27,126 nt of DNA from NCBI GenBank assembly GCA_041497675.1, contig JBGQGY010000038.1, positions 1-27,126 on the forward strand, in the 5' to 3' direction. The stretch's first letter is position 1; each line of letters starts with the position of its first letter. Under the pieces are notes generated by a model that did no database searches, was not told the origin of the DNA, and was given only the letters and a program-made list of their open reading frames with translations. A program made the translations under genes and the position numbers. Source of the DNA: a bacterium. Its GTDB lineage: Bacteria; Sysuimicrobiota; Sysuimicrobiia; Sysuimicrobiales; Humicultoraceae. Shown piece after piece: positions 8,513-16,884 of this stretch.

Positions 8513-9307
8513 CTAGCGGCCCTGGAACTGCGCCTTGCGTTTTTCAAGGAACGCCGCAACGCCCTCTCGATGGTCGGCCGTGCGTCCGGCGATCTCTTGC
8601 ATGTGCGCCTCGTAGTCGAGCGTCGCTTCCAACGAGGCACCCAGCCCGTACCGGAAGGCGCGTTTGGTGAGACCATACCCCCGCGTGGGCCCGGCGGCCA
8701 ACCGCCGCGCCAGGTCGAGGGTCACGGTCATCAAGTCGTCGTGCGGCACCACGCGGTTGATCAGACCGATCCGCATCGCGTCCTCGGCGGTGACTTCATC
8801 CGCCGTATAAGCGAGCTCGAAGGCCTTCGCCAATCCCACCAGCCGCGGCAGATGGTAGGTGCCGCCCGAGTCGGGGATCAGACCGATCCGCGAGAACACT
8901 TCGATGAAGCGCGCGCGGTCGGAGGCGATCCGCATGTCGGCGGCCAGCGCCAGGTTGCAGCCCGCGCCCGCGGCCACGCCGTTCACGGCGGCGATCACCG
9001 GTTTCTCCAGCGTCGACAGACGCAGGATGATGGGATTGTAGCGCCGCCGGATCGACTCACCGTACGAGACGTCGCCGGTCCCGGTCCGATCGCGCAAATC
9101 CTGACCGGAGCAAAATCCGCGACCGGCGCCGGTGAGGACGATGCAGCGGACGTCGGCCGACCGATCGGCGAACCGCAGGACATCCTGCAGGTCCTTTGAG
9201 AGTTGCTCGTTCACCGCGTTCAGCACGTCGGGGCGGTTTAACGTCACCGTGAGGACGCCGTCGGTCTCGGCGACCAGCAGGGTCTGAGGCGTCGGCAGTT
9301 CAGCCAT
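8513..9307 (-). CDS. paaG: Enoyl-CoA hydratase/isomerase, PaaG-like (1,2-epoxyphenylacetyl-CoA isomerase family)
   Basis: [31 protein letters not shown] and GLIPDSGGT (PaaG-type Asp). GGAGG SD. Alternative start is GTG 9310. Confidence 0.78.
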   Translation of the reverse strand: MAELPTPQTLLVAETDGVLTVTLNRPDVLNAVNEQLSKDLQDVLRFADRSADVRCIVLTGAGRGFCSGQDLRDRTGTGDVSYGESIRRRYNPIILRLSTLEKPVIAAVNGVAAGAGCNLALAADMRIASDRARFIEVFSRIGLIPDSGGTYHLPRLVGLAKAFELAYTADEVTAEDAMRIGLINRVVPHDDLMTVTLDLARRLAAGPTRGYGLTKRAFRYGLGASLEATLDYEAHMQEIAGRTADHREGVAAFLEKRKAQFQGR

Positions 9308-9319
9308 CACGTCCTCCTC

Positions 9320-10093
9320 TTACCGCCCCTTGAATGTTGGCGGCCGCTTCTCCAGGAATGCCGCGATGCCCTCGTTCTTGTCCTCGGTCGAGAACAGCAG
9401 GTAGAAGGCCTTCCGTTCGTAGTCGAGCCCGGTCTCCAGGGTCGTATCGAAGGCCTTGAGGATCGATTCCTTGGCCAACCGCACCGCGACCGGCGGTTTC
9501 GAGGCGATGACGTACGCCAGGTTCTTGGCCTCGGCCAGCACGACCTCATCGGGGACCACGCGCGTGACCAGCCCCATCGCGTACGCTTCGGCCGCGGGCA
9601 CATGCCGCCCGGTCAGGATGATCTCCATCGCGCGCGCCTTGCCGGCCGCACGGGTCAGACGCTGCGTCCCTCCGGCCCCCGGCATGATGCCGAGGTTGAT
9701 CTCGGGCTGGCCAAACCGCGCCCCCTCCCCGGCGATCACGACGTCGCACAGCAATGCGAGTTCGCATCCGCCTCCCAGCGCAAAACCCCGCACGGCGGCG
9801 ATGATCGGCTTGCTGATCTTGCGGATGCGCTCCCATTGCTGGAAGCGATACCCCGTCAGTAGGTCGACCGGTACCGCCTTGGCCATCTCCCCCACGTCGG
9901 CTCCGGCCGCAAAGGCGCGGTCGTTGCCTGTCAGGACCGTGCAGCGCACCGTGTCATCGCGCTCGAACGCCTCCAGCGCGCCCGCGAGTTCGTTCATCGT
10001 GTCCCCGTTGAGGGCATTGAGGACCTTCGGGCGGTTCAGGGTGATGACTGCGACCCCGCCATCCTGCTCGACCAAGATGTTGGCGTACGGCAT
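9320..10093 (-). CDS. paaF: Enoyl-CoA hydratase (PaaF-like)
   Basis: AFAAGAD, ALGGGCELA and FGQPEINLGIMPGAGGTQRL, with both catalytic Glu present. GAGGAGG SD before ATG 10093. Confidence 0.8.
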   Translation of the reverse strand: MPYANILVEQDGGVAVITLNRPKVLNALNGDTMNELAGALEAFERDDTVRCTVLTGNDRAFAAGADVGEMAKAVPVDLLTGYRFQQWERIRKISKPIIAAVRGFALGGGCELALLCDVVIAGEGARFGQPEINLGIMPGAGGTQRLTRAAGKARAMEIILTGRHVPAAEAYAMGLVTRVVPDEVVLAEAKNLAYVIASKPPVAVRLAKESILKAFDTTLETGLDYERKAFYLLFSTEDKNEGIAAFLEKRPPTFKGR

Positions 10094-10115
10094 GGATCCT
10101 CCTCGTGGTGGTGCC

Positions 10116-11072
10116 CTAGCGCGGCAGCGGTTCGCCGCACTGCCCGCAGTACCGGAACCCCTCAGGCAGCGGCGACGCCCCGCATGACGGACAGTGTCGC
10201 GCGTAGGGCCCCCAGGGGAAGTCTGGTGAGCCCCCCTGGGCGAAACGCTTCCGGATGCCGGCATAGTCGACCGGCCGCTTCTCGTGAAAGGCGGTGATCC
10301 CCTCGTGCGTCTCCGGCGCATCCGCGTGCAGGGTGAGCCACTCCCGGGCGTGTCCTACGGTGAGGTGCCACGAGAGGTCCCGCCAGAAGTTCAACTGCTG
10401 CTTGGTGTATCGTGTCACTTCGGGCAGTTTCTCGACCAGCCGGCCCACCAATTCATCGACCGCCGCGTCGAGCCGCGCGCGCGGAACGACGCGGTTCACC
10501 CAGCCCCACTCCAGCGCCTGCGCCGCGGTGATCGGTTCGCACAGGAAGAGGATCTCGCGGGCGCGCCGCTCGCCGATGATCAGCGGGAGCCACTGGGTGG
10601 CGCCGGCGGCCGGCACGCTGCCCCGGGCCGTCCCGACGTGTCTGATCACCACGTCGTCCGCCGCCACCGCCAGGTCGCACGCCATGTTGAACTCGTTACC
10701 GCCGCCGACGGTCAACCCGTTCAGCCGGGCGATCGTCGGTTTGCCGATGTTCCGCAGCCGTTCCTGGGCTTCGATAAACGCGCCCATCCACTTCCAGTAG
10801 TCGGTCGGGGCTTTCAGGAACCGCCGCTGCTCATCCAGATCCGCGCCCGTGCAGAAGGCCCGGTCCCCGGCCCCGGTGAGGATGACCACCGCCACCCGGT
10901 CATCCCATGACGCGTCTTCGAACGCGCGGCTCATCTCGCGCAACGTCAGGAAATCGAGCGCGTTCAACACCTCGGGACGGTTGATCACGACCGTGGCGCG
11001 GTCGGCGTCCTTGGTGTACTGAATCCGCTCGAAACCGAACGTGGCGGGGTCCTGGGGGGTTGGGTACCGCAT
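10116..11072 (-). CDS. Crotonase-family protein (Oah/BadI/MenB-like branch) with a C-terminal zinc ribbon
   Basis: AFCTGAD, GGGNEFNMACDL, GSVPAAGATQWLP and RAREILFLCEP. C-terminal CPSC-x11-CGQC. Confidence 0.8.
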   Translation of the reverse strand: MRYPTPQDPATFGFERIQYTKDADRATVVINRPEVLNALDFLTLREMSRAFEDASWDDRVAVVILTGAGDRAFCTGADLDEQRRFLKAPTDYWKWMGAFIEAQERLRNIGKPTIARLNGLTVGGGNEFNMACDLAVAADDVVIRHVGTARGSVPAAGATQWLPLIIGERRAREILFLCEPITAAQALEWGWVNRVVPRARLDAAVDELVGRLVEKLPEVTRYTKQQLNFWRDLSWHLTVGHAREWLTLHADAPETHEGITAFHEKRPVDYAGIRKRFAQGGSPDFPWGPYARHCPSCGASPLPEGFRYCGQCGEPLPR

Positions 11073-11079
11073 GGTAGGC

Positions 11080-11643
11080 CTACTCGACGATCACGACCTC
11101 GTATCCACGCGCGCGTACCCGATCGGCCAACTCTACAGCGGTCGCGCGGTTGCGAAACGCGCCGACGCGTACGAGAAAGAGTCCCCGTTCACGGACGAGG
11201 TACGGATCGAACCGATCGCGCTTGAGCGCCGCCATCCGCTCCGCGGCGTTCTCGCGGGTGGCAAACGCGCCGACCTGGACCTTGTAGAGAATGACCTGCG
11301 GCATGGCCACGGAAGCCGGTGCTGCGGGCGTCGCTGTGGCGCGCGCGGGAGTCGCGGCGGGCTCCGGCGTCGGCGGTGGCGTTGCCGGGGCCGTCGTCGG
11401 GCGCGGCGAGGCAGGCACGGGTGTCGTCGACGCTGCCGGCGGCGTGGCGACGACGCCGGCGGTTGGGGCAGCGGCGGGTGAGGGATGCATGGTTGGCGGA
11501 GCCGTCTCGGGTCGGGTCACACCGTCCGGAGGTCGCGAAGCCTGAGGTTTGAAGAACCGTTCCCCGGCGAAGTATCCGACGATCAGCGAGATGATAAAAA
11601 GCCCGATGAGCGTGATGGTGATAACCAGAGTGTTTTGGCGCAC
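11080..11643 (-). CDS. Membrane-anchored SPOR-domain protein (DedD/FtsN-like architecture)
   Basis: N-terminal hydrophobic helix, Pro/Ala/Thr-rich linker, and C-terminal YKVQVGAFATRENA...VRVGAF SPOR domain. Confidence 0.88.
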   Translation of the reverse strand: MRQNTLVITITLIGLFIISLIVGYFAGERFFKPQASRPPDGVTRPETAPPTMHPSPAAAPTAGVVATPPAASTTPVPASPRPTTAPATPPPTPEPAATPARATATPAAPASVAMPQVILYKVQVGAFATRENAAERMAALKRDRFDPYLVRERGLFLVRVGAFRNRATAVELADRVRARGYEVVIVE

Positions 11644-11699
11644 GAACTGCCCTCTTCGTCAGTGGGCGGGGAACTCCTCCGGTTTGGCTGTGGCGCCGG

Positions 11700-14342
11700 C
11701 TATCCGAGATCTTCGAGATAGCGTTGGAGCAGCCGCTCGCGGCCACGCAGCTCTTGATCCCGCCGGCGCTCCTCCTCCACCACCTCTACGGGCGCCCTGG
11801 CCGTGAACTCCGGGTCGTCCAGTCGACGCCGCGTGCGCTCGAGGTGTGCGCGCGCGGCCCGGAGTTCGCCTTCGAGCCGCTTGCGCGCGCGCGGCCGATC
11901 GGTCTCCGAGACCGCCAGCAGCACGCCCACGCCGTCGGCGATCGTCCCGACGGTGCCGAGTGTCGCGGAGCCGTCACCGGCAATCGTGAGCCCCGACGCC
12001 CGCGCGAGCGTCGCGACGTAGTCACGGTGGGATTCCAGCATCGACTTGGCGTCGGCCGTCGCCCGCAACATGGGCGCGAGCTGCGCCGCCGGCGGCAGGC
12101 CGAGATCGGCGCGGATCGATCGGATGGCCCGCACGACCGCCATCACGGTGCCGATGCGCGCTTCGGCGTCTTCATCGATCGGCAAGGCGTTGGACTCAGG
12201 CCAGGAGGCCACCACGATGCTCTCCCCCTGGTGTGGCAGGCTCTGCCAGATCTCCTCGGTGATGTGCGGCATGATCGGGTGCAGGAGCCGCATCGTGCCT
12301 TCGAGCACGGTCCACAATGTGTGCTGGATGCTGCGGCGTCGCGCGGACTCGAGTGATGACCGATAGAGATCGACCTTCACCAGTTCCAGATACCAGTCGC
12401 AATACTCGGACCAGATGAAGTCGTAGAGCGCGCGGGCCGCCTTGTCAAACTCGAAGGTGTCCAGTGATTCGGTGACGGTGCGCGCCAGCCGTGCATACCG
12501 GCTGAGGATCCAGCGATCGATCAGCGCCGGTGTCCCGCCGCCGGCGGACGGTGCGAAGCCCTCCAGATGCATCCGGACGAACCGCGCGGCGTTCCAGATC
12601 TTGTTGTTGAAGTTGCGCACGTCCTCCAGCATCTTCTCGCCGAAACGCAGATCCTGCTGGCCCTGCGAGCAGCGAAGGGTCAGGGCGAATCGCAGCGCAT
12701 CCGCGCCGTACCCCTGCTCGACGTAGTCGAGGGGATCAAGACCGGTGCCCAGCGACTTGCTCATGCGCTTCCCTTCAATGTTGAGCACCGTGGGGTTGAT
12801 GTAGACGTCGGTGAACGGGGCATCACCCATGAACTCGAGCCCAAACATGATCATCCGTACCACCCAGAGAAAAATGATGTCACGCCCGGTCGCCAGCACG
12901 CTCGTTGGATAAAAATACGCGAGGTCGGGCGTCTGCTTGGGCCACCCCAGCGTCGCAAACGGCCAGGCTGCGGATGAGAACCACGTGTCCAGGATCTGCT
13001 CTTCTTGTGTGAGGGCGGTCCCCCCGCACGCGGGACAGCGCGCCGGGGCCTCGCGACCGGCCATGTGGTGCCCGTTTGCACAATGCCAGACAGGGATGCG
13101 GTGCCCCCACCAGAGCCGGCGGCTGATGTTCCAGTCGTGGATGTTCTCCATCCAGTCGAGATAGACTTTGGTCCACCGCTCGGGATGGAATCGCACCCGA
13201 CCCTGCCTCACCGCCTCGATCGCCGGGGCGGCCAGCTCCTTCACGCGGACGAACCACTGGTCGGTAATGTAGGGCTCCAGAATTGTCTTGCACCGATCGC
13301 AGCGGCCCACGTTGGTCTTGTACGGTTCCCGTTTCTCGATCAGTCCCGCGGCGTCGAGGTCACGCGCGACAGCCTCACGGGCCTCGAACCGGTCCATGCC
13401 GCTGTAGCTGCCGGTCTCCGGCGTCATGCGCCCTCCCTCGTCTAGCACGACCATCACCGGTAGATCGTGGTCGGCCCCGATCTCGTTGTCGAGAGGGTCG
13501 TGGCCGGGCGTGATCTTGAGCGCGCCGGTGCCAAACGCCGGATCCACGCGCCGATCAGCGATGACGGGCACAGGCCTGTTGGCGATCGGCACGATGACCA
13601 GGCGGCCTACCAGATTGCGGTAGCGCTCGTCGTCCGGGTGCACCGCCACGGCCACGTCAGCCAGGATCGTTTCCGGTCGCTGGGTGGCGATGATCACATC
13701 CGGACCCCGGTCGGCGCCCCGGTAGCGCACGTACCACAGCGAAGTCTCCACCGGCTGATGGTCTACCTCGAGTTCAGACACACTGGTCAGGTCCTTTGGA
13801 CACCAGTGGATCATACGCTTGCCGTAGTAGATGGCGCCCTTCTGGTACAAACGCAAGAAGCACTCCATGACCGCGTCGTAATAGGCGGGGTCCATCGTAA
13901 AGGTCACGCGGTCCCAGTCGCACCCCGACCCCATGCGGCGGATCTGGCTGTAGATGAGACCCCCGTACTTTTCCTTCCACTGCCAGGCAAACTCCAGGAA
14001 CGTCTCACGGCCCATGTCGAAGCGTGTCTTGCCCTGCTTCGCCAGTTCGCGCTCCATCACCACGTGTGTCGCGATGCCGGCGTGGTCGGTGCCCGGTAGC
14101 CACATCGCGTTGCGGCCCTGCATCCGGCGCCAGCGTGTGAGCAGGTCCTGCACCGTGTGATTGAGCGCGTGACCCATGTGCAGCGTCCCGGTGATGTTGG
14201 GCAGCGGCATCATGATGCTGTACGGCTCGCGCGAGGGATCGACGGGTGCGTGGAAGTAGCCGCGCGCCAGCCACTCCTGATACCGGCGCGGTTCCACCGA
14301 CAGCGGGTCGTAGGGCTTTGCGTCGGTCTTTGGTTCCGCCAT
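11700..14342 (-). CDS. valS: Valine--tRNA ligase
   Basis: PNITGTLHMGH, WLPGTDHAGIAT, DWNISRRLWWGH, DTWFSS, RMSKS and CDWYLE, with a C-terminal coiled coil. An upstream Val T-box supports the call. Confidence 0.98.
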   Translation of the reverse strand: MAEPKTDAKPYDPLSVEPRRYQEWLARGYFHAPVDPSREPYSIMMPLPNITGTLHMGHALNHTVQDLLTRWRRMQGRNAMWLPGTDHAGIATHVVMERELAKQGKTRFDMGRETFLEFAWQWKEKYGGLIYSQIRRMGSGCDWDRVTFTMDPAYYDAVMECFLRLYQKGAIYYGKRMIHWCPKDLTSVSELEVDHQPVETSLWYVRYRGADRGPDVIIATQRPETILADVAVAVHPDDERYRNLVGRLVIVPIANRPVPVIADRRVDPAFGTGALKITPGHDPLDNEIGADHDLPVMVVLDEGGRMTPETGSYSGMDRFEAREAVARDLDAAGLIEKREPYKTNVGRCDRCKTILEPYITDQWFVRVKELAAPAIEAVRQGRVRFHPERWTKVYLDWMENIHDWNISRRLWWGHRIPVWHCANGHHMAGREAPARCPACGGTALTQEEQILDTWFSSAAWPFATLGWPKQTPDLAYFYPTSVLATGRDIIFLWVVRMIMFGLEFMGDAPFTDVYINPTVLNIEGKRMSKSLGTGLDPLDYVEQGYGADALRFALTLRCSQGQQDLRFGEKMLEDVRNFNNKIWNAARFVRMHLEGFAPSAGGGTPALIDRWILSRYARLARTVTESLDTFEFDKAARALYDFIWSEYCDWYLELVKVDLYRSSLESARRRSIQHTLWTVLEGTMRLLHPIMPHITEEIWQSLPHQGESIVVASWPESNALPIDEDAEARIGTVMAVVRAIRSIRADLGLPPAAQLAPMLRATADAKSMLESHRDYVATLARASGLTIAGDGSATLGTVGTIADGVGVLLAVSETDRPRARKRLEGELRAARAHLERTRRRLDDPEFTARAPVEVVEEERRRDQELRGRERLLQRYLEDLG

Positions 14343-14373
14343 GTTGGTCCCTCACTCCACGGAACTGTGGTCT

Positions 14374-14410
14374 ACAAACACAAACGCCGCTCGCCAAGGG
14401 CGAAGCGGCG
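14374..14410 (-). terminator. T-box attenuator terminator
   Basis: Hairpin CGCCGCTTCGCC-CTT-GGCGAGCGGCG (one bulge), followed by TTTGTGTTTGT. Confidence 0.8.
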
Positions 14411-14605
14411 CTCCGCGGTACCACCTTGTATGCCGCGTCTGTATGACGCGGCCCTCATCGTCGCGTTATCGGGCGGCTCCCGGCGGCCCCGCGTGGGACC
14501 GCAGCTCGAGGGCGACGTTCAGCCGGCGCGCGTCCGGAACACCTTACACCCGGTGGGTGTTCCTCGCTCAGGCCGCTTCCGGCCTACTCCTCCCCGTCAT
14601 CGCGG
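14374..14605 (-). ncRNA. T-box riboswitch (Val) leader of valS
   Basis: Minus strand has the T-box AAGGTGGTACCGCG (14427-14414) and probable specifier GTC = Val (14516-14514) after GAAC. The antiterminator partner CGCCCTT lies inside the terminator stem. Boundaries are approximate. Confidence 0.92.
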
Positions 14606-14615
14606 GTTGGTCCTG

Positions 14616-14646
14616 ATGATACCATCCAACTCCATCGGGTTGTCAA
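14616..14646 (-). promoter_or_regulatory. Candidate promoter of the valS leader
   Basis: TTGACA (14646-14641), N19, TATCAT (14621-14616) with an extended TG. The spacer is longer than ideal. Confidence 0.5.
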
Positions 14647-14711
14647 GCACCGCGCCGTTCGGCAAACAACTCGGTCCGGCCCGGAGGCACAAAGTTGCCG
14701 TGAGGGAAGTT

Positions 14712-15611
14712 TCACTCGGAAGGAGGTTGCTCTTGAGTTAACCACACGAAGTCGGCCCGCATACCATAACGGGGATGTGGAGCAAGTAATTCGTCAACCT
14801 CTTCGTCACTGAGATCGTACGCGTTTACCTGGGAAATCACGAGCAGATCGGTGGCGCCGCGGGCGCGCAGCCGATCGGGCAGTCCGCCGCCATAGCTGGC
14901 ATGGAAGTCGCCGACGATGATGACAAGAACCTGGTCAGGATGTGCGGTTACATACTCGCGTGCCTGCCACGCCATGGTGTCGTCCCAGGCGCTCTGCGCA
15001 GCGAAGAAGTTGCGGATCGCGTCCGCCGGTAGACCGCCGTGTTCACGGACGGCCGCTGCGAACCGCTCGAAATACGCATCACTTCCCAAGTGGAAATCCG
15101 GCGGCAACAGTGATCGCTCCTGATCCGACAGCCCCGCCAGGCCCTTTTGCGCCAGGGCCCGGGTGAGGCGCTCTGGCGCATTGAGCGCGCGCGTCTCTCC
15201 GCCCGACTCGCGCGAAAACAGGATCAGCGGCCGGTACCACTCGAACGGGTACCCGGTCCACCGAACCGCCCTCAGGAAATCTGGCTCCTGGAGTTCCCCC
15301 CTCACGTAGCGATCCACCAAGGGCTGATCGGGATAGTACAGGAATTCGAGCCCGACGCTGATCCTGAGATTCATGCCTTTCAGGGTTTGAACGAGCAGCA
15401 GTTCGTTCTCATGGTGCCGGGGCAGATCGTGTTGCTCACCGACGATGACGATCTGACCGGCATGCACGTCCCGCAGCGCCTGCCTGAGGTCGACGGCTCC
15501 ATTGGCGGAGCCGCCGTAGAGGCCCGGCCCGATTGTCGCCCACGCCGCCGGGGCCATGAACAACAACGAGGCCACAAGGGCCCAGGACACGCCGCAGATC
15601 CTCCCATGCAT
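14712..15611 (-). CDS. ChaN-family (EreA/TIKI-like) exported protein
   Basis: Signal-peptide-like N-terminus (..APAAWA), plus VGEQHD..HH, VGLEF, YRPL, AQSAWDDTMA and IVGDFH. Confidence 0.8.
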   Translation of the reverse strand: MHGRICGVSWALVASLLFMAPAAWATIGPGLYGGSANGAVDLRQALRDVHAGQIVIVGEQHDLPRHHENELLLVQTLKGMNLRISVGLEFLYYPDQPLVDRYVRGELQEPDFLRAVRWTGYPFEWYRPLILFSRESGGETRALNAPERLTRALAQKGLAGLSDQERSLLPPDFHLGSDAYFERFAAAVREHGGLPADAIRNFFAAQSAWDDTMAWQAREYVTAHPDQVLVIIVGDFHASYGGGLPDRLRARGATDLLVISQVNAYDLSDEEVDELLAPHPRYGMRADFVWLTQEQPPSE

Positions 15612-15617
15612 CTCAGT

Positions 15618-16316
15618 TCAACCGTCCGCGGATTGAAACACCGACGGCAGATCCGCGCGGAGGCTGGCGAGGTGTTCGCGCATCGCCGCCTCGGCGCGGG
15701 CGCCGTTCCGCGAGTGGATCGCCGCCGTCAACGTGGCCATCTCCCGGAACGACTTGGCCGGCCGACCCCGCTGGCGCATCGTGCGCAGGCGCACCTGCAG
15801 CACCTGCGCGCGGAGCGTATCGATGGATCGCTCCAGCCGCCCGTTGCCCGACGCCGCGCTGATCGCGGCGTGCAGGTCGGTATCCACGGCGTTCAGGCGG
15901 TCGACGTCGTTTTGCTTCAGGGCTGTGCCAAAGGCTTTGATCAGAGCACTCAGACGCGCGTGCAAATCGGCCGGGGCGCGCTCCGCCGCCCGGCGGGCCG
16001 CACGGGCCTCGAGCACCTCGCGCAGCTCGTAGAGTTCGTCGGCGTCGCCCAGGCTGATCCTGGGAACGATCACGCCGCGGCCCGGGATCGCCTGGACCAG
16101 GCCCTCAGCCTCCAGCCTCCGCAGCGCGTCCCGGATCGGCGTGCGGCTCACCTTCCAGGTGGTCGAGAGTTCCATCTCGTTGATCCGGGTCCCCATCGGG
16201 ATGTGCCCCAGGAGGATCCCATCGCGGAGCAGGCGATATGCCGCGGCACCGACAGTCTCACGTGCGGGCGGCATGCCCCACGGGGCCCGGGCGGTGACAT
16301 CGGCTGTCATGCTCAC
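15618..16316 (-). CDS. GntR-family regulator (FadR/FCD subtype)
   Basis: HTH VSRTPIRDALRRLEAEGLV and FCD domain (LYELREVLE, AEAAMREHL). GGAGG SD upstream. Confidence 0.92.
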   Translation of the reverse strand: MSMTADVTARAPWGMPPARETVGAAAYRLLRDGILLGHIPMGTRINEMELSTTWKVSRTPIRDALRRLEAEGLVQAIPGRGVIVPRISLGDADELYELREVLEARAARRAAERAPADLHARLSALIKAFGTALKQNDVDRLNAVDTDLHAAISAASGNGRLERSIDTLRAQVLQVRLRTMRQRGRPAKSFREMATLTAAIHSRNGARAEAAMREHLASLRADLPSVFQSADG

Positions 16317-16349
16317 GGTCGTCCTCCGGCCACCATTCGTGGATTCTGT

Positions 16350-16386
16350 GTATGCTCATCATACGCTGATTTCTGTTCTACATCAA
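16350..16386 (-). promoter_or_regulatory. gntR promoter with overlapping palindrome (candidate auto-operator)
   Basis: TTGATG (16386-16381), N17, TATGAT (16363-16358). The palindrome GTATG-N5-CATAC (16350-16364) covers the -10. Confidence 0.55.
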
Positions 16387-16414
16387 GTTGGGACCGATTG
16401 TAGCCCTGAAGTCG

Positions 16415-16444
16415 TTGTCCGGCCCTTTGACTGTGTGCTATCCT
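16415..16444 (+). promoter_or_regulatory. Candidate ferredoxin promoter
   Basis: TTGTCC, N18, TATCCT with an extended TG, just upstream of the GGAGG SD. Confidence 0.4.
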
Positions 16445-16462
16445 GGTCTCGGAGGGGACGAA

Positions 16463-16831
<369 letters not shown>

Positions 16832-16855
16832 CGGGCCAGAGCTGGCAACAGTGGA

Positions 16856-16884
16856 TGAGGGGGCGCCGATCCGGCGCCCCCTCA
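16856..16884. terminator. Hairpin between the convergent ferredoxin and lon genes
   Basis: TGAGGGGGCGCCG-ATC-CGGCGCCCCCTCA is a perfect 13-bp stem. There is no clear U-tract on either side. Confidence 0.7.

Noticed and set aside
8509..8676. Upstream extensions of paaH (and likewise paaF, clpP, lexA, ferredoxin and E1 beta) in the ORF track
   Set aside because: They overlap neighbouring genes or promoters. Downstream starts with SD or coupling and family-typical N-termini exist.
10116..11072. Calling this gene menB
   Set aside because: It lacks the MenB FCSGGDQ and GSFDGG signatures, and no other men genes are nearby.
11300..11530. Repeat-like GC-rich stretch
   Set aside because: It encodes the low-complexity Pro/Ala/Thr linker of the SPOR protein and is not a DNA repeat array or CRISPR.
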